Shown here piece after piece: positions 8,499-16,432 of a DNA stretch of 31,103 bases. This stretch comes from an uncultured Aquificales bacterium (GTDB lineage: Bacteria > Thermosulfidibacterota > Thermosulfidibacteria > Thermosulfidibacterales > Thermosulfidibacteraceae). The notes beneath the pieces were generated by a model that was not told where the DNA came from, made no database searches, and saw only the letters and a list, made by a program, of their open reading frames with translations. A program made the position numbers and the translations under genes. The stretch's first letter is position 1. Each line of letters opens with the position of its first letter. The stretch is taken from the NCBI GenBank assembly GCA_964453345.1, contig CAYVOC010000018.1:1-31103 (forward strand). The letters run 5' to 3'.

Positions 8499-10360
8499 GG
8501 GAAGCCCTGCTCTATAGAATCAACTCTCCCCAGGACATAAAGTCCCTCACAATAAAGGAACTCGAACAGCTGGCAGAGGAGATCAGGAACTACATAATAA
8601 GGGTTGTCGCAAACACCGGCGGGCATCTGGCACCTTCCTTGGGAGTGGTTGAGCTCACCATAGCCCTGCACTACGTCTTCGATTCCCCGAGGGACAAGAT
8701 CATCTGGGATGTGGGCCATCAGAGCTACGCCCACAAGATACTCACCGGCAGAAGGATACAGTTCACCTCCCTGAGACAGAGGGGGGGTATTTCCGGCTTT
8801 CCGAAGCGCGAGGAGAGCGAGCACGACATATTCGGAACGGGACACGCCAGCACCGCCATATCGGCTGCCCTGGGGATAGCCGTTGCAAGGGACCTCAAAG
8901 GGGAAGACTACAAGGTGATAGCCGTGGTGGGGGACGGGGCCTTGACCGGAGGACTGGCGTGGGAGGCCCTGAACCACGCAGGGGACGAGGAAAGGGATCT
9001 GATAGTGGTCCTCAACGACAACGAGTTCTCCATAACCCCCACAAGCGGCGCCCTATCCCACTATCTCTCAAGGAAGCTCGCCGATCCCACCTACCTGAAG
9101 ATGAGGGAGGAAATCAAAAGGCTTTTAGAGAAGAAACCTGTGGGGGAAACCATCGTCTCCTTCCTGAAAAGGATGGAGGAATCCTTCAAGAGCTTCTTCA
9201 CCCCCGGAGTGCTCTTTGAGGAGTTAGGCTTCAGGTATGTGGGACCGGTCAGGGGACACCACCTCAAGGAGCTTATATCCACCTTCAAGCAGGTGAAGAA
9301 GGCGAAGGAACCCATTCTGGTGCATGTTCTCACCAAAAAAGGAAAGGGATACAGCCCCGCCGAAAGGGACCCAAGCAGCTTCCACGGCGTCGGTCCCTTC
9401 AAAATAGAAACCGGCGAACCCAAGAAAAAGAGCCGTTTGACCTACACAGAAGCCTTCAGCGAGAGCCTTGTAAGGCTCGCCGAAGGGGACGAGAGGATCG
9501 TTGCCATAACCGCAGCCATGCCCACAGGAACAGGGCTATCCCGTTTTGCGGAAAGATTCCCGAATCGCTTCTTCGATGTGGGAATAGCCGAGCAGCATGC
9601 GGTTGTCTTTGCAGCCGGGCTCGCAACCCAGGGAATGAAGCCTGTGTGCGCCATATACTCAACCTTCCTCCAGAGGGCATACGACCAGATAGTCCACGAT
9701 GTTGCCCTCCAGAGGCTTCCCGTGGTCTTCGCCCTGGACAGGGCAGGAATCGTGGGGGAAGACGGACCCACCCACCACGGAGCCTTTGACATAAGCTACC
9801 TAAGGCACATCCCCAACATGACCGTCGCCGCCCCCAAGGACGAAAGGGAACTTGCCCACATGCTATACACGGCCATGGAAAGCCAGAGACCCTTCGCCAT
9901 AAGGTATCCCAAGGGGGAGGCGGAGGGGATCGGTCTGCCCAGTGAATTCGAAGAGATACCCATAGGCAAGGGGGAGCTTCTCCGCCCCGGCAAGGATCTG
10001 GTCATCATAGCCATAGGGAACGTGGTAAACAGAGCGCTTGAGGCGGCAAAGATCCTGGAAGAAAGGGGAATAGATGCCGCCGTCTTCAATGCGAGGTTCG
10101 CAAAGCCCTTAGACGAGGAGGCCATATGCGAGCTTGTAGCCTCAACCGGAAAGGTTCTGACGGTGGAGGAGAACGCCTTAGCCGGGGGGTTCGGAAGCGG
10201 CGTGTGGGAGATGCTGATGGATAAAGGAATAAACTTCAAGGGAGCGAGGCTCGGCATCCCCGATCGCTTCATCCCCCACGGCAGGGCATCGGAGCTGAGA
10301 AGGGAACTTGGACTTGACGCCTACGGAATAGCAGAGGCCGCTGCAAAGCTTGCGCCATGA
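8447..10360 (+). CDS. dxs: 1-deoxy-D-xylulose-5-phosphate synthase
   Basis: GGHLAPSLGVVEL, WDVGHQSYAHK, GDGALTGG...LNDN (TPP motif), DVGIAEQHA, GEDGPTHHG, IRYPKG. The ATG at 8447 has GAGGA 6 nt upstream, but the start is uncertain. Confidence 0.98.
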   Translation: MLDAKGACGLRVGEGEIGEALLYRINSPQDIKSLTIKELEQLAEEIRNYIIRVVANTGGHLAPSLGVVELTIALHYVFDSPRDKIIWDVGHQSYAHKILTGRRIQFTSLRQRGGISGFPKREESEHDIFGTGHASTAISAALGIAVARDLKGEDYKVIAVVGDGALTGGLAWEALNHAGDEERDLIVVLNDNEFSITPTSGALSHYLSRKLADPTYLKMREEIKRLLEKKPVGETIVSFLKRMEESFKSFFTPGVLFEELGFRYVGPVRGHHLKELISTFKQVKKAKEPILVHVLTKKGKGYSPAERDPSSFHGVGPFKIETGEPKKKSRLTYTEAFSESLVRLAEGDERIVAITAAMPTGTGLSRFAERFPNRFFDVGIAEQHAVVFAAGLATQGMKPVCAIYSTFLQRAYDQIVHDVALQRLPVVFALDRAGIVGEDGPTHHGAFDISYLRHIPNMTVAAPKDERELAHMLYTAMESQRPFAIRYPKGEAEGIGLPSEFEEIPIGKGELLRPGKDLVIIAIGNVVNRALEAAKILEERGIDAAVFNARFAKPLDEEAICELVASTGKVLTVEENALAGGFGSGVWEMLMDKGINFKGARLGIPDRFIPHGRASELRRELGLDAYGIAEAAAKLAP

Positions 10361-11178
10361 GGATAGTATTTCTGGGTTGCTCCGGAGGAAGAAGAATAAC
10401 CTTTCAGCAGAAGAGGGCCTCGGGAGGGTTCCTGATCGAGGAAGGGGATCTGAGGGTCCACGTCGATCCCGGCCCCGGAGCCCTTTTGCGGCTGATACAG
10501 CTCGGATTTGACCCGTCAAAGACAGATGTCTTCATCATCAGCCACAGGCACATGGACCATGTGGCGGACATAAACACCGTGATAGAGGCCCGAACCCTCG
10601 GCGGGTGGAATCCGGGCGGCATACTGATAGCACCGGAAGACGCCCTATACGGTGAGGATCCCGTGGTTTACAGATACCACAGGGACAAGCTGAAGGGCAT
10701 CCACACCCTGAAGGAAGGCTTCTCCATAGAGCTGGCCTCCCTTAAAATAAGCAGCGTGATCCGCCATCCCCACCACGGTGTGGAAACCTTCGGGGTGGGG
10801 TTTGAGGCTTCAGGGATCAGGATAGGCTACATCACCGACGGCAGACTCACCGATGATATGCTTGAAGCCTACAGGGGCTTTGACGCACTAATAGTGAACA
10901 CCACCTTCCGCCATCCCCGCCAGCTTGAGCACCTGAGCCTTGAAGACGCCGTGGCAATAGCATCCAGATGCACCCCAAAGCTTATGATCCTCAACCACTT
11001 CGGAGCGGAAATCGTGTTCTGGGGGCTGGACAGGGCAGCAGAATACGTGGAGGAAAGAACAGGGATAAGAACCATCTCCGCAAGGGAGTTTATGGAGGTA
11101 AAATTCGGCCCGAAGGTGAGCGTATCAAGGCTCAAGCTGGTGAACCCCATATGCATAGCCTACAAAAGCGGCAATTGA
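10357..11178 (+). CDS. Metallo-beta-lactamase-fold hydrolase (PhnP/RNase Z-like branch)
   Basis: IVFLGCSGG, HVDPGPG, HxHxDH motif SHRHMDH, later GYITDG, EHLS and LNHFG. Confidence 0.9.
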   Translation: MRIVFLGCSGGRRITFQQKRASGGFLIEEGDLRVHVDPGPGALLRLIQLGFDPSKTDVFIISHRHMDHVADINTVIEARTLGGWNPGGILIAPEDALYGEDPVVYRYHRDKLKGIHTLKEGFSIELASLKISSVIRHPHHGVETFGVGFEASGIRIGYITDGRLTDDMLEAYRGFDALIVNTTFRHPRQLEHLSLEDAVAIASRCTPKLMILNHFGAEIVFWGLDRAAEYVEERTGIRTISAREFMEVKFGPKVSVSRLKLVNPICIAYKSGN

Positions 11179-11203
11179 CACGGTAATGCTCTTCGGTTAA
11201 GAA
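11175..11203 (+). promoter_or_regulatory. Candidate promoter for the rpmH operon
   Basis: Perfect TTGACA (11175-11180, overlapping the upstream TGA), N17, then a weak -10 TAAGAA. Lies in one of the few intergenic gaps. Confidence 0.4.
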
Positions 11204-11238
11204 AAAGTGCCCCAATACACAGGCGGGAGGGACGGAGG

Positions 11239-11373
11239 ATGAAGAGGACCTATCAGCCCAGCAGGCTCAAGATGAAGAGGAGGCACGGCTTCAGGGCAAG
11301 GATGAGAACCAGGTCCGGCAGGAAGATACTCAAAAGGAGGAGAAAGAAGGGAAGGCACAAACTGACCGTTTAG
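11239..11373 (+). CDS. rpmH: 50S ribosomal protein L34
   Basis: Translated by hand (absent from the ORF track): [49 protein letters not shown] motifs upstream. Precedes rnpA. Confidence 0.99.
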   Translation: MKRTYQPSRLKMKRRHGFRARMRTRSGRKILKRRRKKGRHKLTV

Positions 11374-11374
11374 C

Positions 11375-11710
11375 ATGGACTTCTCCTTTCCCAAAAGCCA
11401 TCGCCTGTTAAAGAGGGAGGAATTCAAAAGGGTTTACGCCCAGGGGAAGAAGTTCTACACCAGATTCTTCACCATACACTACCTTGAAAACGGGCTGTGT
11501 CATCCGCGGCTGGGGATCACTGTGACCAAAAAGGTGGGGAAGGCCCATGTGAGGAATCGGTGGAAGCGGCTCGTGAGAGAAGCCTTCAGGCTGAACAGGC
11601 ACCGCTTCCCCTGCTGGGACATGGTGGTAACGGTCAAAAGAGGGGTGAATCCCCCCGGGTTCAGGGAGGTGGAAAGGGATCTTGTTGAAGCGATTGTTAA
11701 AAGGGGCTGA
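11375..11710 (+). CDS. rnpA: Ribonuclease P protein component
   Basis: [41 protein letters not shown] (RNR motif). Confidence 0.98.
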   Translation: MDFSFPKSHRLLKREEFKRVYAQGKKFYTRFFTIHYLENGLCHPRLGITVTKKVGKAHVRNRWKRLVREAFRLNRHRFPCWDMVVTVKRGVNPPGFREVERDLVEAIVKRG

Positions 11711-11927
11711 AAGAACGCTAAGCCACGGGGTTATAGCCCTCATAAGGGGCTACAGCCTTTTTGTATCCCCCGTATTCCCAAGATCATGCAGGTTCCACCC
11801 CACCTGCTCCCGATACGCCGTGGAGGCCATTGAAAGGCACGGCCTGCTCAAGGGCCTGTTTCTGGCGACAAAGAGGGTTTTGCGCTGCAATCCCCTTTCA
11901 AAGGGCGGTTATGATCCGGTTCCATAA
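11682..11927 (+). CDS. yidD: Membrane protein insertion efficiency factor YidD
   Basis: [39 protein letters not shown] start approximate. Confidence 0.96.
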   Translation: MLKRLLKGAERTLSHGVIALIRGYSLFVSPVFPRSCRFHPTCSRYAVEAIERHGLLKGLFLATKRVLRCNPLSKGGYDPVP

Positions 11928-11945
11928 AGGTGTTCGGAGGTAGAG

Positions 11946-13412
11946 ATGGAGGAGCAAAAATCAAGCCTTATCATTTTCCTGCTCTCCCTTGCCCTGGCGC
12001 TCATGCTATACTTCTACTTTGGAAGCCATCTACAGCAACAGCAGGGCGCAAGCGCCAAGGGAAATCAAACAGCAGAAAGCGCGAAGGTTGAGGAAACTCC
12101 CCCGAAGCTTGCGGGGGATAGCATAAATGTGGAGACGGAAAAGTTCTCCGCCACCGTAAACACCCAGGGAGGCATCCTCGAAAGCCTGAGACTGAAAAGA
12201 TACCTGGACGACTCCGGAAAGCCCATGGAACTCATCCCCAAGGGGGGCTTCTTCTGGAACATATCTCAGGACAAAAGGCTGGGAGAAAAACTCAACAGGG
12301 CCATATTTTCGGTGCAAAAGGAGCGCGATAAAGAAAAAATTAAGCTAATTCTGACCACATCACTGGACAACCAGACCTACACCAAGATCTACACCTTCAG
12401 CGAAAAGGAATACAGAATCGGTATAAAAATAGCAGGTCCCCGGCCGGTGGGCGTAAGGTTCGGACCCAGGGTGGCGCCCAAGGATAGAGAAGCCAGATAC
12501 TCCTTTGAAGGCCCCCTCGTTTACGACGGCAAAAAGGTTAGAGAGGTCAAACTCAAGAAGAAAAGGGAGGAAACCTTCGACAACCCTGTGTGGGTCGCCC
12601 TGCAATCCCTCTACTTCACCGTCACCATAATTCCCCAGAAACCCATCAAGGCCACCATCAAGAAGATGGGGGAAAAACTCTATCGGGTGGAGCTTCTCCC
12701 CAAAAAGGACCTCTTTTTGAGCTGGGGGTTCGCAGGCCCCAAAAAGTATGATCTTCTGAAAAGCTACGGCCTCAAGCTCGAGGAGAACATAAGATTCGGC
12801 ATGTTCGGTATCATATCCAAGCCGCTGCTGTATCTTATGAACTGGCTCTACAGCATAATCCCCAATTACGGCGTGGCCATAATCATACTCACGGTGCTGA
12901 TAAAGATCATCTTCCACCCCCTAAGCGTCAAGGGGTATAAATCCATGAACAAGATGAAGGAGCTGCAGCCTGTGATTCAGCAGATAAGGGAGGCCTACAA
13001 GGACGACCCCAACAAGATGAACCAGGAGCTGATGGAGCTATACAAAAAGCACAAGGTCAACCCCTTCGGCGGATGTCTGCCCCTGCTGCTTCAGATACCC
13101 GTATTCTTCGCCCTGTATAAGCTGCTTATGGTCTCCATCGAGCTGAGGCACGCCCCCTTTATCCTGTGGATCACGGACCTTTCGGCGAAGGATCCCTACT
13201 ACGTCACCCCCATACTCATGGGCCTGACCATGCTCATACAGCAGCTTTTAACCCCCGGACAGGACCCCACCCAGAACAAATTCATGCTCGTTCTGCCCGT
13301 GGTCTTCACCATCATCTTTCTCAACTTCCCGTCCGGACTCTGCCTCTACTTTCTGGTAAGCAACATCCTTAGCATCATAGAGCAACTGATGATAAAATAC
13401 GTATACAGCTGA
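11946..13412 (+). CDS. yidC: Membrane protein insertase YidC
   Basis: N-terminal TM, periplasmic domain, FAGPKKY, NYGVAIIILT, VNPFGGCLPLLLQIPVFFALY, WITDLSAKDPYY, FPSGLCLY. Confidence 0.98.
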   Translation: MEEQKSSLIIFLLSLALALMLYFYFGSHLQQQQGASAKGNQTAESAKVEETPPKLAGDSINVETEKFSATVNTQGGILESLRLKRYLDDSGKPMELIPKGGFFWNISQDKRLGEKLNRAIFSVQKERDKEKIKLILTTSLDNQTYTKIYTFSEKEYRIGIKIAGPRPVGVRFGPRVAPKDREARYSFEGPLVYDGKKVREVKLKKKREETFDNPVWVALQSLYFTVTIIPQKPIKATIKKMGEKLYRVELLPKKDLFLSWGFAGPKKYDLLKSYGLKLEENIRFGMFGIISKPLLYLMNWLYSIIPNYGVAIIILTVLIKIIFHPLSVKGYKSMNKMKELQPVIQQIREAYKDDPNKMNQELMELYKKHKVNPFGGCLPLLLQIPVFFALYKLLMVSIELRHAPFILWITDLSAKDPYYVTPILMGLTMLIQQLLTPGQDPTQNKFMLVLPVVFTIIFLNFPSGLCLYFLVSNILSIIEQLMIKYVYS

Positions 13413-14794
13413 TGAGGGAATACGCCGACACCATAGCCGCCATAGCCACGGCCCTGGGAGAGGCCGCCATCTCCGTTGTGAGGATCTCCGGCCCCGACGC
13501 GCTGAAGATAACAAGAAAGATCTTCCGCCAGGGCAGGGAAAAAAGGAAGGAATATACCCTGAAGGAACGATACGCCCACTACGGCTTCATAGTGGACCCG
13601 GAAACGGAAGAGGTGCTGGACGAGGTGATCCTCATATACTACAGGGCCCCCAGAAGCTACACCACCGAGGACATGGTTGAGATAATGTGCCACGGCGGAT
13701 TCGTAACCCCAAGGGTTGTTTTAAAGGCCTGCCTCAAGGCGGGGGCCAGGTTAGCCGAACCGGGGGAGTTCACCAAGAGGGCCTTCCTTGGGGGCAGACT
13801 GGATCTGACCCAGGCCGAGGCCGTGCTTGAGATAATACACGCCAGGGGCAGGGAGCATCAGAGGCTCGCCCTTGATCAACTGAGCGGCGGGCTGAGAAGA
13901 AAAATTTTAGATGTTAAAGGGAGGCTCCAGGAGGTCCTCATGCTGGTTGAGGCCTCGGTTGACTTCCCGGAGGAGGAGATAGAATTCTTAGATCCCGAGG
14001 ATCTATCCGCAAAAATAAGAGAAGCCATTGACGCCATAGAGGGGCTTATCAAAGGTTTTGACAGCAGCCAGGCCCTCAGAACAGGCATCCCCATCGCCAT
14101 AGTGGGCAGACCCAATGTGGGGAAGTCCAGCCTGCTCAATGCGCTCCTCAAAGAAGAAAGGGCCATAGTCAGCCAGATCCCCGGAACCACCAGGGATACG
14201 ATAGAAGAAGAGATCTCCATAAAGGGACACGTATTCAGGCTGATAGACACGGCGGGCATAAGAAGAACGGAGGACCCCGTTGAGCAGCTGGGGGTGGAAA
14301 GAAGCAAGCAAAAGCTTAAGGAAGCGGAACTTGTGATAATGGTGATCGACGCCTCGGAACCCTTGACCGATGAGGACCGCTTCATAGCCGAACTCATCGC
14401 CGACAGATCCCACATAGTCGTCCTCAACAAGTGGGATCTGGATCGGATCACGGATGAAGAAGGGGTGAGGAAACTCGGACTCACGGGTCCCGTAGTGAAA
14501 ACCTCCGCGCTCATGCACACGGGCATCGAAGAGCTGCAGGAGGCCATAATAAAAGAGGCGGGGCTTGCACCTGCAAAGACACCGGGACTCGTAAACGAAA
14601 GGCACTTGGGATCGCTGGTGAGGGCACGGGACTCCCTAAAGAGATGCCTCGAAACGATAGAAGCAGGCCTCAGCAACGAGTTCATAGCCATAGATCTAAA
14701 GGAGGCGATGAACGCCCTCGGAGAGATAACCGGCGAGGTCACAACCGACGATATACTTAATCAGATCTTTGAGAGATTCTGCATAGGAAAATGA
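13412..14794 (+). CDS. mnmE: tRNA modification GTPase MnmE (TrmE)
   Basis: DTIAAIAT, AEPGEFTKRAF, GRPNVGKSS, GTTRD, DTAG, NKWD, C-terminal FCIGK. Confidence 0.99.
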   Translation: MREYADTIAAIATALGEAAISVVRISGPDALKITRKIFRQGREKRKEYTLKERYAHYGFIVDPETEEVLDEVILIYYRAPRSYTTEDMVEIMCHGGFVTPRVVLKACLKAGARLAEPGEFTKRAFLGGRLDLTQAEAVLEIIHARGREHQRLALDQLSGGLRRKILDVKGRLQEVLMLVEASVDFPEEEIEFLDPEDLSAKIREAIDAIEGLIKGFDSSQALRTGIPIAIVGRPNVGKSSLLNALLKEERAIVSQIPGTTRDTIEEEISIKGHVFRLIDTAGIRRTEDPVEQLGVERSKQKLKEAELVIMVIDASEPLTDEDRFIAELIADRSHIVVLNKWDLDRITDEEGVRKLGLTGPVVKTSALMHTGIEELQEAIIKEAGLAPAKTPGLVNERHLGSLVRARDSLKRCLETIEAGLSNEFIAIDLKEAMNALGEITGEVTTDDILNQIFERFCIGK

Positions 14795-15486
14795 GAAGGA
14801 AAAAAAGATTGAGGGACATACCCCCCGAAGACAGGCCCAGGGAGAAGTTTTTAAGACTCGGACCCTCTGCCCTGAACAACGAGGAGCTTCTCGCCCTCGT
14901 GATAAACAAGGGATCCAAGAAGAAAGATGTTCTGAGCCTGGCCAGGGAGGTTCTGAAGCTGATAGAAAAGGATCCCGAGGGGGTGAGCGTAAAGGACCTA
15001 AAGGGCATAGAGGGAATAGGAACGGTAAAGGCCGTTCAAATACTTGCAGCCCTCTCCCTCGCCAGAAGGCTTATGATCAAGGATGGGATAAAGATCCTGA
15101 AGGCGAGCCAGCTGTATCACCTGAACGCCGACCTTATACACGAAAGGCAGGAGTGCCTCGCCCTGATAACCGTTGACGGATCCGGCAGATACATAAAGAG
15201 GAGGATACTCACCAGGGGAACCGCCAACAGAACCCTCATCCATCCAAGGGAGGTCTTCTACCACGCCATAAAGGACGGCGCATACGGGGTCTTTCTGGTT
15301 CACAACCACCCGTCGGGAGACACTACCCCCAGCCAGGAGGATATCGCCATAACCGACGCCATAAAAAGGGCGGGACAGGTTCTGGGCATACCCCTTCTGG
15401 ATCATATAATTATAGGCAAGAGGGGCTTTTTCAGCTTCAAGGAGCAGGGACTGCTCGATGGCAACCCTGATAGTAAGACAGGATAA
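14791..15486 (+). CDS. radC: RadC/UPF0758 JAB-domain protein
   Basis: RPREK...G..AL...ELLA, HhH GIEGIGTVKA, IHPREVF, HNHPSGDTTPSQED, LLDHIIIG. Confidence 0.97.
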   Translation: MRRKKRLRDIPPEDRPREKFLRLGPSALNNEELLALVINKGSKKKDVLSLAREVLKLIEKDPEGVSVKDLKGIEGIGTVKAVQILAALSLARRLMIKDGIKILKASQLYHLNADLIHERQECLALITVDGSGRYIKRRILTRGTANRTLIHPREVFYHAIKDGAYGVFLVHNHPSGDTTPSQEDIAITDAIKRAGQVLGIPLLDHIIIGKRGFFSFKEQGLLDGNPDSKTG

Positions 15487-16432
15487 GATCGGGGATCTGG
15501 TCCTGGCCACCCCCGTTGCAGAGGCCGTAAAGAGAGCGGCTCCGGGCGAAAGGATCTATTTCATGTGCAGCAGCTACGCATCAGCCGTCCTCAGGGGGAA
15601 TCCCCATGTTGACCAGATCGTGGAGATAGACCCAGGGGAAGGCCCCTCAAGCATAGCCAAAAAAATAGACGGGCTTCACCCCAAACCCGAAAGGGCCATT
15701 GTGCTTTTCCCCACCCTCAATGTGGCCTTGGCCGTTTTCATGGCCCGAATTCCCGTGAGATGCTCAACCGGTTTCAGATGGTATCAGCCCCTGTTCAACA
15801 GGCTCACGATCCTGAGAAGATCAAAGGCCCTTTACAAGGAGTGGGAATACAACCTCATGATAGCGAGGCTCGCCTTTCCCCGGATAGATCCCTGCGCCTA
15901 CCGCCCGAAGGTCTTCCCCACCGCCGAGGCAAGGGAGAAGGCCGAAAAACTCATTAAGGGACTGCCTAAGCCCCTCATCCTTGTCTATCCGGGAGGCGGA
16001 GGCGAGAAGCGGTGGCCCGTTGAAAGGTTCAAGGGACTGTGCCAAAAAATCTCCCATATAGGCACCCCCCTGGTGGTCTTAGGCCCCAGCGAGAGGGACT
16101 TGGAAAAAGAATTTGACCGGTGGCCCATGGCGGCAGGCTTAAACCTTGAGGAACTGATGGGCCTGATAGCCCTGTGCGACGGCATGGTCTCCAACAACAC
16201 AGGTCCCATGCACATAGCAGCCGCCCTGGAAAAGCCTCTGGTCCAGATCTTCGATCCGAGAAGGGCCTGCAACCCCAAAAGGTGGGGACACGAATACAAA
16301 AAAAGCAGCATCCTCTACCCGCCAGTTCCGGCCTGCAAGGGATGCAGACCCGACTGCCCCTACGGAGACTGCATGGACCTCATAGATGAAGAGTGGGTGT
16401 TCAGGGAGCTGGAAAGATGCTTGGCCGCATAG
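15458..16432 (+). CDS. Glycosyltransferase family 9 (ADP-heptose:LPS heptosyltransferase-like)
   Basis: LIVRQDKIGDLVLATP, YPGGG..KRWP, VSNNTGPMHIAAAL, Cys-rich C-terminus. Confidence 0.93.
   Translation: MATLIVRQDKIGDLVLATPVAEAVKRAAPGERIYFMCSSYASAVLRGNPHVDQIVEIDPGEGPSSIAKKIDGLHPKPERAIVLFPTLNVALAVFMARIPVRCSTGFRWYQPLFNRLTILRRSKALYKEWEYNLMIARLAFPRIDPCAYRPKVFPTAEAREKAEKLIKGLPKPLILVYPGGGGEKRWPVERFKGLCQKISHIGTPLVVLGPSERDLEKEFDRWPMAAGLNLEELMGLIALCDGMVSNNTGPMHIAAALEKPLVQIFDPRRACNPKRWGHEYKKSSILYPPVPACKGCRPDCPYGDCMDLIDEEWVFRELERCLAA

Noticed and set aside
13876..14742. 288-aa antisense ORF opposite mnmE, and similar Ser-rich antisense ORFs opposite lptF, the AsmA-like gene and GDH
   Set aside because: Ser/Phe/Leu-rich mirror of purine-rich sense codons. 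No RBS or domain evidence.
14791..15486. RadC/JAB as a marker of a mobile element or defence system
   Set aside because: Full-length chromosomal form with the HhH region. No integrase, E1/E2, CD-NTase or other accessory neighbours.
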